This document shows positions 55,851-64,000 of a stretch of DNA of 64,000 bases, piece after piece. The notes beneath the pieces are model-generated. The model did no database searches and was not told the DNA's origin. It was given only the letters and a program-made list of their open reading frames with translations. The stretch is from Dehalococcoidia bacterium. GTDB taxonomy: Bacteria > Chloroflexota > Dehalococcoidia > Lucifugimonadales > UBA3495. The translations under genes were made by a program, and so were the position numbers. Numbering within the stretch: the first letter of the stretch is position 1; each line of letters starts with the position of its first letter. Location: positions 4,703,814 through 4,767,813 of the forward strand of contig OZ250155.1 in the NCBI GenBank assembly GCA_965237775.1, read 5' to 3'.

Positions 55851-57833
55851 GACGTTCCCGGATGTGGGCAGCACCTCACCCACGACGTTGAAGACGGCGT
55901 CGTCGTCCAGCGCGTTCCGGATCTCCTGCAGCTTTTCCTGGAGTCTGTTGAGCACCCGCCCCTCGATGGTGTTCGTGGCCATGAAGTTGAATATCATGCA
56001 ATCGAAGAGTTGGCCGTAACGGTGGATCCGCCCCATGCGTTGTTCCAGCCGGTTCGGGTTCCAGGGGATGTCGTAGTTGAAGAGAATGTTGCAGCACTGG
56101 AGGTTGATGCCCTCCCCGGCTGCTTCGGTGGCGACGAGGACCTGTATGTTCCCGTCCCTGACCTGCTGTTCCATGTAGAGCCGGGTACCCGGCTCGTCCC
56201 GCGACCCCGGTCTCATCCCTCCGTGGATCTGTCCTGTGCTGAACCCCCATGACTTCAGGTGTTCCAGGAGGTGGTCGAGAGTGTCCCGGAACCCTGTGAA
56301 GATCAGCAGGCGCTGCTTAGGGTTGTCGAAGAACCCCTCATCGTGGAGGATGGCGTTGAGCTTGTTGAGCTTCGCCTCGTTGGCGGCTGCCTCGACGTCC
56401 CTGGCCCTCTTGGAAAGTTCCTGGAGCTCCTCTATCTCCCTCCGGACTTCGTCGGCATTGCCAGCCAGCGTCACCGCCTCCACTATGCGTTCCAGGCGTT
56501 CGCGGTCTCCCTCGTCCATCTCCTCCAGGTCGGGGAGGTCAGGAGGAGCGTTTCCCGCCAGGTCCTGGGCTTGCTTGAGCCCTTCTTCCAGTCGGCGGGC
56601 CCGGTTTTCCAGGGACCGGAGCATGGCGTGGGTGCTGGATGCCAGGCGCCGTTGGTACAGGGCCATCAAGAATCCGACGGCCCGGGCCCGCCGGTCGTCG
56701 CCCATCTGGTAGGCCCGCGTGCTCTGTCTTTTGACGAAGGCGGTGACCTCTTCGTAGAGATCGAATTCCTCCCCGTCGATGGTGAAATCGGCGGTCCGGG
56801 GGATCCTCTTGGTGAACACCGGTCTGGAGACCCAGGCGCCGTCGGGTTGCAGCTCCGGGAAGTGGACCATGGCCTCCTTGGTCCGGCGCATGTAGAAGGG
56901 AGCGCGCCTCTGCTCCATCGCCCTGCGGATGGAGGTGACGTCGGCGTAGGCGTCCTGGTCGAGCAGCTGCAGGAACAGGGTGGAGTTCTGGGCATCGCCC
57001 TTGTAGGGCGTGGCCGTCATGAGCAGGATGTTGTCTGTGCTGTCCCGGAGTTTCTCGCCGAGGCGGTAGCGCAGGCTCTTGTGGGTCTCGTCGCTGGCGG
57101 ACATACGGTGCGCCTCGTCGATGATCACCAGGTCCCAGTGGACCTGTTCCAGGCCCGCGAGGATGTCCTGCCGCTTGGCCAGGTCCAAGGAGGTGATCAC
57201 CTGCTTCTGGTCCAGCCACTGGTTCATGCCGAACTGGTTGTGGATGTCGCTGCCCTTCATCACGAAGAACTGCTGGTCGAACTTCTCTAGTAGTTCCCGC
57301 TGCCACTGGAAGGTGAGGTTGTCGGGGCAGACGATGAGCATCCGGTCAACCAGCCCCCGGAGCTTGAGCTCCCGTATCAGGAGGCCGGCCATGATGGTCT
57401 TGCCGGCGCCGGCGTCGTCCGCGAGCAAGAACCGGATGCTGGGCAGCTTCATGAAGTACTCGTAGACCGCTTCAAGCTGGTGGGCCAGCGGGTCCACGCG
57501 TGATATGGAAAGCCCGAACTCGGGGTCGAACTCGTGGGCGATGCCCAGGGAATAGGCCTGCAGTGCGAGTTTGAGGAGTTCCCCGTCACCGTCGTACGAG
57601 GCGTTGGGGTCTATCGTGTGAAGGCTGGCTATGTCCCCGGCGGTGAGGGTCACCTCCCGGAATTGCCCGGAACTCTGTCCCACCAGTCCGGCGATCACGG
57701 CCCCTGCGCCGCTCTGCCTCGTGGTGACGACCCTCATGGGCTCGTTGAACATAACCCCGGTCAGGGTCTGGCCCTCGGTGATTGTCCCTTCGCTCACGTG
57801 GTCTCGTCCCTCTCTGTTGCTTCGGGTCGGCAT
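55749..57833 (-). CDS. SNF2/RAD54-family helicase (core intact, 3' end apparently decayed)
   Basis: FLLADDAGAGKTIMAG, DLVIIDEAHRMSA, LLMTATPYKGD, VLVATEAAGEGINLQ and WNPNRLEQRMGRIHRYGQ. The last ~40 codons (PTSGNVLPECSGARAKRPPSSSG...) look out of frame. GTG 57797 is an alternative start. Confidence 0.8.
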   Translation of the reverse strand: MPTRSNREGRDHVSEGTITEGQTLTGVMFNEPMRVVTTRQSGAGAVIAGLVGQSSGQFREVTLTAGDIASLHTIDPNASYDGDGELLKLALQAYSLGIAHEFDPEFGLSISRVDPLAHQLEAVYEYFMKLPSIRFLLADDAGAGKTIMAGLLIRELKLRGLVDRMLIVCPDNLTFQWQRELLEKFDQQFFVMKGSDIHNQFGMNQWLDQKQVITSLDLAKRQDILAGLEQVHWDLVIIDEAHRMSASDETHKSLRYRLGEKLRDSTDNILLMTATPYKGDAQNSTLFLQLLDQDAYADVTSIRRAMEQRRAPFYMRRTKEAMVHFPELQPDGAWVSRPVFTKRIPRTADFTIDGEEFDLYEEVTAFVKRQSTRAYQMGDDRRARAVGFLMALYQRRLASSTHAMLRSLENRARRLEEGLKQAQDLAGNAPPDLPDLEEMDEGDRERLERIVEAVTLAGNADEVRREIEELQELSKRARDVEAAANEAKLNKLNAILHDEGFFDNPKQRLLIFTGFRDTLDHLLEHLKSWGFSTGQIHGGMRPGSRDEPGTRLYMEQQVRDGNIQVLVATEAAGEGINLQCCNILFNYDIPWNPNRLEQRMGRIHRYGQLFDCMIFNFMATNTIEGRVLNRLQEKLQEIRNALDDDAVFNVVGEVLPTSGNVLPECSGARAKRPPSSSGSGRILRTTTRVTGQSY

Positions 57834-57881
57834 ATATCGATCTGATCCGAGTTCGTGTTCGATGGAGTGTTTAGGTGTAGT

Positions 57882-58061
57882 TCACCCTCCTCCTCTTGCC
57901 ATGACAGCTCCTATGCCTGCTGTTATGAGTCCCAGTGCCATGCTCCAACCGCCGAAGCTGATAATGAACCCGGGTATTTCTCCGAATGCGGCTATGAATA
58001 TCATCAGGACGAGGGGGATCATGAACATGAGGCCGCCTACGGAAATAATCGTTCCGCTCAT
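57882..58061 (-). CDS. Small two-helix membrane protein (59 aa, below the track threshold)
   Basis: Translated by hand: MSGTIISVGGLMFMIPLVLMIFIAAFGEIPGFIISFGGWSMALGLITAGIGAVMARGGG*. Its start overlaps the stop of the upstream ORF (ATGA). Confidence 0.55.
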   Translation of the reverse strand: MSGTIISVGGLMFMIPLVLMIFIAAFGEIPGFIISFGGWSMALGLITAGIGAVMARGGG

Positions 58062-58270
58062 TTCTGTTGTTCCTCCCCTAGCGTCTCGGTTGTGTGGGAC
58101 ACTGCACGGGCTTCCCAGAGTATCTCTATTTGGTTGCCGTTGGCCTCCATCCGGGCTGCGTTTTCTCTTGATGATGCGAGGATCTCGGGGTATGCGACTA
58201 CGATCGCGAATATCGTCGCGATTGCTGCCCCAGCTAGGAGCATCAGTATGTCTCTTCTTATCCTCTCCAT
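58058..58270 (-). CDS. Small membrane protein (70 aa)
   Basis: GGAGGGGA lies before the ATG. It has one hydrophobic helix (ILMLLAGAAIATIFAIVVAY) and is translationally coupled to the next small ORF. Confidence 0.5.
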   Translation of the reverse strand: MERIRRDILMLLAGAAIATIFAIVVAYPEILASSRENAARMEANGNQIEILWEARAVSHTTETLGEEQQK

Positions 58271-58384
58271 TCCCCTCCGTTCTCTTTTGTCGGCAGGTGG
58301 AACGCCATTCTGTTTTCTACCGCCGTTATCCTGAGATCATGGGACCTGTCGGCCTGGCAAATTCTGACTCCCCGGCCGTCTCCA

Positions 58385-58700
58385 TCAGCAGTGGTTGCTC
58401 CTCTCATAATTCTTCCGACAGGCCAACCCGGCGAGGAAGCCGCTCATCCTCTCTTGCACTAGGGACTTGGTTCTCAGGCGCTGGTTTCCTGTCGCCTCCT
58501 GTCTTGCCCAGCTCCATACCGCCTCATCGGCGTTGAAGTCCGGGCTGTAGCCCGGCAGAGCCTGTCCTCGTGAAAACGGGGGTTCACCAGCCCAAGTCCC
58601 AAGCCTGGTGTCCGCAGGCACTCCCTTAGCATGTTTCCACGGTGCGCCGGCTGATGCTTCCTGTCTGACTCGGAGCAACCTACGGTGGGAGCCTTGCGGC
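58385..58700 (-). pseudogene. Remnant of the IS630 type-2 transposase C-terminal region, with a 23-nt insert at 58570-58592
   Basis: ...LPGYSPDFNADEAVWSWARQEATGN... and ...LRTPGLGLGLVNPRFHEDRLC... occur in two frames. No IS termini are present. Confidence 0.7.
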
Positions 58701-58798
58701 AGTACGTCGCCAGATTCAATTTCGCCTCAAGATTCACCTTGCCAGATAATCCGTTGTTGTAATAATGGTCGGCTGGTCTGTATTTGTGGCGGCTCCGG

Positions 58799-58966
58799 CT
58801 AGTTGCTTTGTGGTCCTGGTTCCCGTGCCGCGTCCTTTTCGAGTTCCTTCCCGATAACCCTTTGACAGTAGTCCTTCATGCTCACGCCCTGCATGGCGGC
58901 TGTGGCTTTCAGCCTTCTCTGGAACTCTTCTTCCACCTCGATGATTATCCTCTTTCTGGTTGCCAT
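58799..58966 (-). CDS. Ribbon-helix-helix (CopG/antitoxin-like) protein, 55 aa
   Basis: GAGGAG lies ~9 nt before ATG 58966. It reads MATRKRIIIEVEEEFQRRLKATAAMQGVSMKDYCQRVIGKEL. No toxin partner remains downstream. Confidence 0.5.
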   Translation of the reverse strand: MATRKRIIIEVEEEFQRRLKATAAMQGVSMKDYCQRVIGKELEKDAAREPGPQSN

Positions 58967-60130
58967 GCGAGTGTTCTCCTCGAGCTGAATGTCGGTATGG
59001 ACATTACACAAGAATATACATTGAGTGCAACCCTCCGGGCATCCGGACGTCGTGAGGTTCGGCATCTGCCGAACCTCGGTGTCACAGTCTTGGGGATTCG
59101 AGTGCCGTGCGTTCTCGGGGCTGAGTGCAGTTGGGACAGGGGTTCACGCCTGTTCCGCCAAGCCTCTCCGCTTGACATCTCCGGGCCTGCGGGACTCCCG
59201 GTTCTTCGACATCAACTTGGAGTTGATCTCTGAGGGTTGTCTCTCTGGGGGTGCACACGTTGGTGGCAGGGGCGAATTTCACTAATTTTCAATTGCTGGA
59301 ATCCGTAATGGCCTCTTCCGATATTATATTAATAATACTGTAAACACCCCTGACGAGGGTCATCATCAACAGGTACGCAATGCCCCGGATTAGTTCGGGA
59401 CATCCATACCAATGTGTCGGTATCCGCTTTGGGGGGTGTGATACTTGGTCTTGAATCCCTGTGCGCCTGTTGACGATAATTGACTTGTAGCGTTTCTTGA
59501 TGGCTCCGCAAGGCCGGACTCCCGTGAGAGCATAGTCGGTTCTGGTGAGCCGCCATCACCGGTTCCGGGGAGTTTTCTGAAGGCTGGGCCGAGAGGTGGA
59601 AGGGAACGTCGAAAATCGTAACCGATCAATGATTCTGTAGGAGGGAAGTTCGGAAAACAGCCCTTTTTGATTGAGATTTGTACCTGAAAATGGTGCGATC
59701 GCTCTAACAATCGGACAAAGTTTTGGGCCGCAGGAGGTACGAACTCCAACGGCCCGGAATCACGAGAACGGCCACCCCGAACGGACATTTTCGCTGTCTT
59801 GGCCTATCTTCCCACCCGGGGCACCCGGCGGAATCCCCTGTGGCGATGGTGAGGGCATACTTCTTCTCCAGTTATCCCGGTTCGGAGCGCTCGTCGAACG
59901 TCGCAAGTTTTCGACGCCGCTTCGATGACGAAAGCGATCCGCTCCGTCTCCTCTGCGGTTTCTCCGGTACGGTGCTCGTCCGGTCCACTTTCAGCAGAGC
60001 GTTCCGGCGTTTGGACGCCCAAGGCGATTCCGTCGACGATGTGTCCCGCAGACTCCCCCAACTGCTGCTGGACCGCCCTTGGGTGGTGACACCTGAGCCA
60101 GCTCAACCCAAAAGGTCGGCTCTGCGGGGT

Positions 60131-60300
60131 ATGTCCGATGATTACCGGCGGATCCGGGAACGTGTCGGATTAGGTTTCGAGGACTTCGTTGATTTGATTC
60201 CTGATGATGCGGCTGCCGAGGCCCGGTTAATCAAGCAGCGCTGGCCGCACGGTGTCCGTTGTCCTGATCGCTCGTCTGGTGGACCAGCGGAACATCTCCC
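60131..60300 (+). pseudogene. Possible IS1595-type transposase N-terminal remnant
   Basis: ...IPDDAAAEARLIKQRWPHGVRCPD... resembles the Zn-ribbon N-terminus of IS1595-family transposases. The cysteines are lost after that point. Confidence 0.35.
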
Positions 60301-60845
60301 GGACCTGCCCCGATTCTGCCCAACTAATGGTGTCCACCTCATATCAGCAGACGCAACGGGCCCAGCCGGGGGGCTGAATGCGCAAGGTGCTGCTTCAGCG
60401 GTGATGCCGATTATGTCGCGGCCGTGAACATTCGTCGCGGTCAACTTGCCCGACGCGGCGGCCGGTGGCGTTTCCGATGGGGGTTCTTATGAACTCTTCT
60501 GGAACGAAGGGAACTTTCTCCTGTGCACCTGTATTGCCCTTGGATCGGAGCCAATCACCCAGGGAAACCCTGATTGGCACCACGAGCTCGTCGCCGGAGG
60601 CGAAGACTAAAGAGGTTGCAAAAGCGATGTAAAGTCGCGGGTCGAAGAGAAGGATCGGTTGCCAAGTGCCGAGTGGCCCGACATCGGGGAGTTAATAGAG
60701 CCTCCCTACGTGTCGCTGACGACGACAGAGCGGACCGTGGTCCGGGGCGGGAAAGAGGATTATGCCTGTTGTCAGGAATCGCTCTCCCAGCTTTTCGCGA
60801 GATGGTGGGCCCCGATGCGGGAAAACAGGCCCACCTCACATCTCA

Positions 60846-61286
60846 TCATAGAGTCTGGGCGCCGGACTGTACTTCTATGATTGCAGTCGTCCTTGGTGAT
60901 CCTGCGTCCCGGTGATACCGTTCTCTAAAGTCATCTCGGATGGAGGACAAGTCATCACGGTTAGTAGGCACGAGGCGATTCGATGGACCATCGATGTTAC
61001 GTTCAGGGTCCAAGTGTATAGATATCAGCGAACCGCCGCTGTCGGTTCCCCTAATGGTGAAGGGGTTGCCATCCCTGCGGAGCACCATAGGCACTGTCGG
61101 GTGATAGCAAGTTGTTGGGTCAAACAAAGGCGAAATATCAGTTACTTGCGCTGGGCTTTTCCTTCTTGCCATGGCTTCCAGCGAAAGCTGCACCATGGGA
61201 CACGAGATCAGGCATCGCCAGGGCAGGGTGCTCGTCTTGCTATGAATGCTCTTGAAGTTCTTGGCACCCCATTCATATATCGCCAT
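60846..61286 (-). CDS. Hypothetical protein (146 aa from ATG 61286)
   Basis: Track ORF. The frame stays open upstream to the IS630 boundary at 61485 (…LTQSNSNGSQIDLLEQYGRLNRAAPLYCLYNFTEEADQCRDYHCGDGQP…) with no start codon. The gene may therefore be 5'-truncated. Confidence 0.4.
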   Translation of the reverse strand: MAIYEWGAKNFKSIHSKTSTLPWRCLISCPMVQLSLEAMARRKSPAQVTDISPLFDPTTCYHPTVPMVLRRDGNPFTIRGTDSGGSLISIHLDPERNIDGPSNRLVPTNRDDLSSIRDDFRERYHRDAGSPRTTAIIEVQSGAQTL

Positions 61287-61485
61287 GCGGATGTTCGATG
61301 AAGGGGTGACAGTGCAGCCCAGGTCCTTAAGTGCCGGCTGGCCATCCCCGCAATGATAGTCTCGGCACTGGTCGGCTTCCTCCGTAAAGTTGTAGAGACA
61401 GTATAGAGGGGCGGCACGGTTGAGTCGTCCGTACTGTTCGAGAAGGTCTATCTGCGACCCATTGCTGTTGGATTGCGTCAGGCTA

Positions 61486-62740
61486 GTACTCAGTCAATCG
61501 TAAAATCGGAAGGGTAAAGGCGGTGTAGTTTGGTTCGTGCGTCCCGGGTGTTGAAGCGCCAGTTGATGGTGGCTCTGGCGTTGTTGCGCTCCGTGACCAG
61601 GGCGTCCACTTCCCTCCTTAGGGCCTCCTCGCCGGAGAGCCGCTGCTTCAGGCAGGAGCGGGACAGTACGCTGAACTCGATCTCCGCCATCCCTTCGACA
61701 AGCTCAGGACAGGATTCAGCCAACTCCCGTGCTTGGGGGTGTAGTGGAACTCCAGCCGCCTGGCAATCCTCCGGGCTTCCTCAGCCGGGAAAGTCTCGTA
61801 CAGCGATGCCCGGCGATGGGTGTTCAGATTGTCCAAGACGACCCTTACCACCTCGGCTTCGGGGTAGGCTTCATCCACCAGCCAGCGCATCCGGCGGGCG
61901 AAGTCTTGCATCGTGCGCCGCTCGGTCACTGCCACATGCCGCCAGCCCGCCAACGGCTCACAGGCCAAGAAGAGGTTGCGGGTACCCTCCCTGCGGTATT
62001 CGTAGTCCTGCCGCAGCGGACGTCCCGGCCGGGGCGGGAGCGGCGGCCGGGTCTCGGCCAGCAACTGGGTGGATGTCTCGTCAAAGCAGACCACCGGACG
62101 TTGGGGATCATGAGGTTCGGCGTAGAGATCCAGGACATCCTCCATGTTAGCCACAGTTAGCCACAAATTCCGCGCTCACCTTGGGAATGCACCACTCCTT
62201 CTTCTGCCACGGCTTGAGAGTGTTTTTTTGAGACGCTTTCGGACCCCCTCATGGGACATGGAGGGCGCCAACCCCAACTCCACCACCTTCCCGGCCAACA
62301 GCCGCAAAGTCCAGTGGCTGTGCCCCTCCGGCGGCGGGCTGCAGGCCAGGGCGATGAGGTGGGCTTCGCCCCGATCGTCCAGCTTCCGGGGCCGGTTGGC
62401 CTGGGGACGGTCCTGCAAAACCTTCTCCAACCCTTCTTCGGCAAAGCGCTGCTTGACCCGGTATACCGTGCTCAGGGCCACATCCAAAGCTTCGGCCACT
62501 TGGGGCGCGGCCCAACCGTCGCCGCTCTTTAGGAGAATCCGCGCTCTAGCGGTCACTCGGGCTGAGTTTTTGCCAACCCGGACCAGTCGTTGGAGCTCTT
62601 CCCGTTGTTCCTGTGCCAGCCGCACCGCGTATTTGTCCCTGACCATCACTTCTACCCCCGCCATCAACACTTCCCACCAGCCAGGATAGCTCAATTGGCC
62701 CCTTTCTTAAACAAATCCCAAGCCTAAGTTGACTGAGTAC
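61486..62740 (-). mobile_element. IS630 type 1, copy 4
   Basis: GTACTCAGTCAATCG... ...AAGTTGACTGAGTAC, flanked by TA (61484-61485 and 62741-62742) within a CTAG. The 23-nt insert is at 61691-61713. There is a 10-nt tandem duplication GTTAGCCACA at 62146-62165. Confidence 0.9.
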
Positions 62741-62780
62741 TAGTACCGCGTCCGGCTATTTTTGACGGATACTAGAAAGT

Positions 62781-63554
62781 ATGTGTATGCAATCGAGGCA
62801 CCGTCTACCACCGATGCCCGGCACAAGCGTCGCCGTACCTACCCATCGAATTCACCCTGACGCGGTACTAGTGCTTTTTACTCCTGATGATGAAGTGCGC
62901 CTGAAAGAGGCATTTCGTGACTCCAGCGATCCAGATTATGAGGCTGAACTTACCGAGCAAGCAAGGCCCAATGTGTTATTTGAAGCGGGAATGGCTATGG
63001 GGCGGAACGCAGACCAAACGGTCCTAGTGGAACTCGGAGAATTGCGTCCGTTTAGCGACGTTGCCGGGCGTCACGTAGTGCGCCTCGATAACAGCGTGGG
63101 ACAACGTCAAGATTTGGCGCAACGGCTCCGGACTGCTGGCTGCTCCGTAAACTTGGACGGGACCGACTGGCATGCGATTGGTGACTTTGAAGCTGCAGTA
63201 GATTCAATAATGTCGCCATCAGAGCCACCTGGTTGTCGGGACCTGGCGGAGACCCACTCAGCAATCGGGCCAACTCCCGGACTCTCCCCAGACGCAAGGA
63301 GCCTTCTCTTGGAGGCAGTGGCCTCAGAGGACAGGACAATCCTGGTAATAAGGACTCTACGGGGTATGGCCATGAGGGTTAATCATAAGCATTTTGGGGA
63401 GATAGGGGACTCGCGTTCAGAAGCGCGATGGGAAGGTGCGCTCGAGGAACTTGTCGTCTCCGGATTGGTCCATGATCGCTCCAACGACGGAAAATTGTTT
63501 GAAGTTACGCACCGAGGTTTCGTCGTTGCTGACCACATGGAAGACCAGCCCTAG
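62781..63554 (+). pseudogene. TIR-like (CAP12-type nucleotide-binding) protein lacking its N-terminal part
   Basis: AVLVLFTPDDE...ARPNVLFEAGMAMGRNADQTVLVELGELRPFSDVAGRHVVRLD matches the second half of the bacterial TIR-like domain. The first strand (VFIVHG-type) is absent, and the 30 N-terminal codons look non-native. Confidence 0.5.
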
Positions 63555-63869
63555 ATGGCGCACTTCAATCCGAAGGAATCCAGCACAGAGACCCGTGTTG
63601 GCATTGAGTGTCTTGCGGGTGGGCACGTATACCAATCCGTAACCGGTCAATGGGCTGTCTAGCAAGGATGATTGGAAGTTTCAAGTCTTGAATTCCTTCG
63701 GGTTTGACGCCGATGGTACCTTCCCCTAATCTCAGCTACTTCGGTCAGAAGCCAACCGGCATGGTGTGTTCGGCTTCAGTTCCTTCCTTTCGCCTCTGGA
63801 GTATAGTTGGGCTCTAGGGGCCAGGACAATACAATGCTTTCTGTATAGATGACGGAGAACCCCATGGTC

Positions 63870-63904
63870 TGCCGGTCCTCCGGTTGTTGATCGGAGGACC
63901 GGCA
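63870..63904. repeat. 13-bp-stem inverted repeat (TGCCGGTCCTCCG - 9 nt - CGGAGGACCGGCA)
   Basis: Read directly from the sequence. There is no adjacent T-run on either strand, so a terminator role is unproven. Confidence 0.6.
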
Positions 63905-64000
63905 CCCATCTCAATCCCTCCAGCGCATATGCGAGGCGAGTGGTATGGCGACAAGCGGGACGTAGTCAAGTGGATCAGTCTGGCAAAATTGGCGAAATTC

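Noticed and set aside
56259-57290. 343-aa plus-strand ORF
   Set aside because: It is antisense to the SNF2 helicase.
59025-60130. Possible IS200/IS605-TnpB or other transposase remnant
   Set aside because: There are only vague resemblances in translated fragments, with no catalytic motifs or terminal structures that I could verify.

Overview
This is a 64-kb, high-GC bacterial segment with strong GGAGG-type ribosome-binding sites. Only the first ~4.6 kb looks like ordinary chromosome: an ABC ATPase, an 827-aa membrane protein and glutamate dehydrogenase. The remaining ~59 kb is a heavily rearranged accessory region, and roughly a third of it is insertion-sequence DNA, often nested. It holds four copies of an IS630-family element (here type 1), three copies plus a remnant of a second IS630-family element (type 2), two IS110-family copies, two IS701/IS4-like elements, one IS4-family element, IS21 and IS1595 remnants, and two MITEs. 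Cargo between the IS elements falls into five groups. (1) A 1703-aa exonuclease-RecQ-UvrD triple-fusion helicase. (2) Two tandem LuxR-type regulators with pseudo-receiver domains. (3) An AT-richer islet with a 1343-aa nuclease/P-loop NTPase built on the STAND/Avs plan, followed by a bare SIR2-family gene; this is my best candidate for an undescribed defence module. (4) A decayed integrative element carrying a P4-type integrase, DUF3987-like and AlpA-like genes, a replication-relaxation-like gene with an apparently ATPase-dead UvrD-like gene, a ParB-methylase-like fusion and a Zn-ribbon-HTH-NADAR fusion. (5) A second decayed island with an SNF2 helicase preceded by two tiny membrane proteins, an RHH protein and a truncated TIR-like gene. 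The most unusual sequence-level signal is a family of 23-nt hairpin-containing micro-insertions inside the transposase genes of both IS630 families, plus one copy elsewhere. In one IS copy the resulting frameshift is compensated by a 16-nt tandem expansion. I recognised no rRNA, tRNA or CRISPR array. All family calls come from motifs read by eye; no database search or computation was possible.
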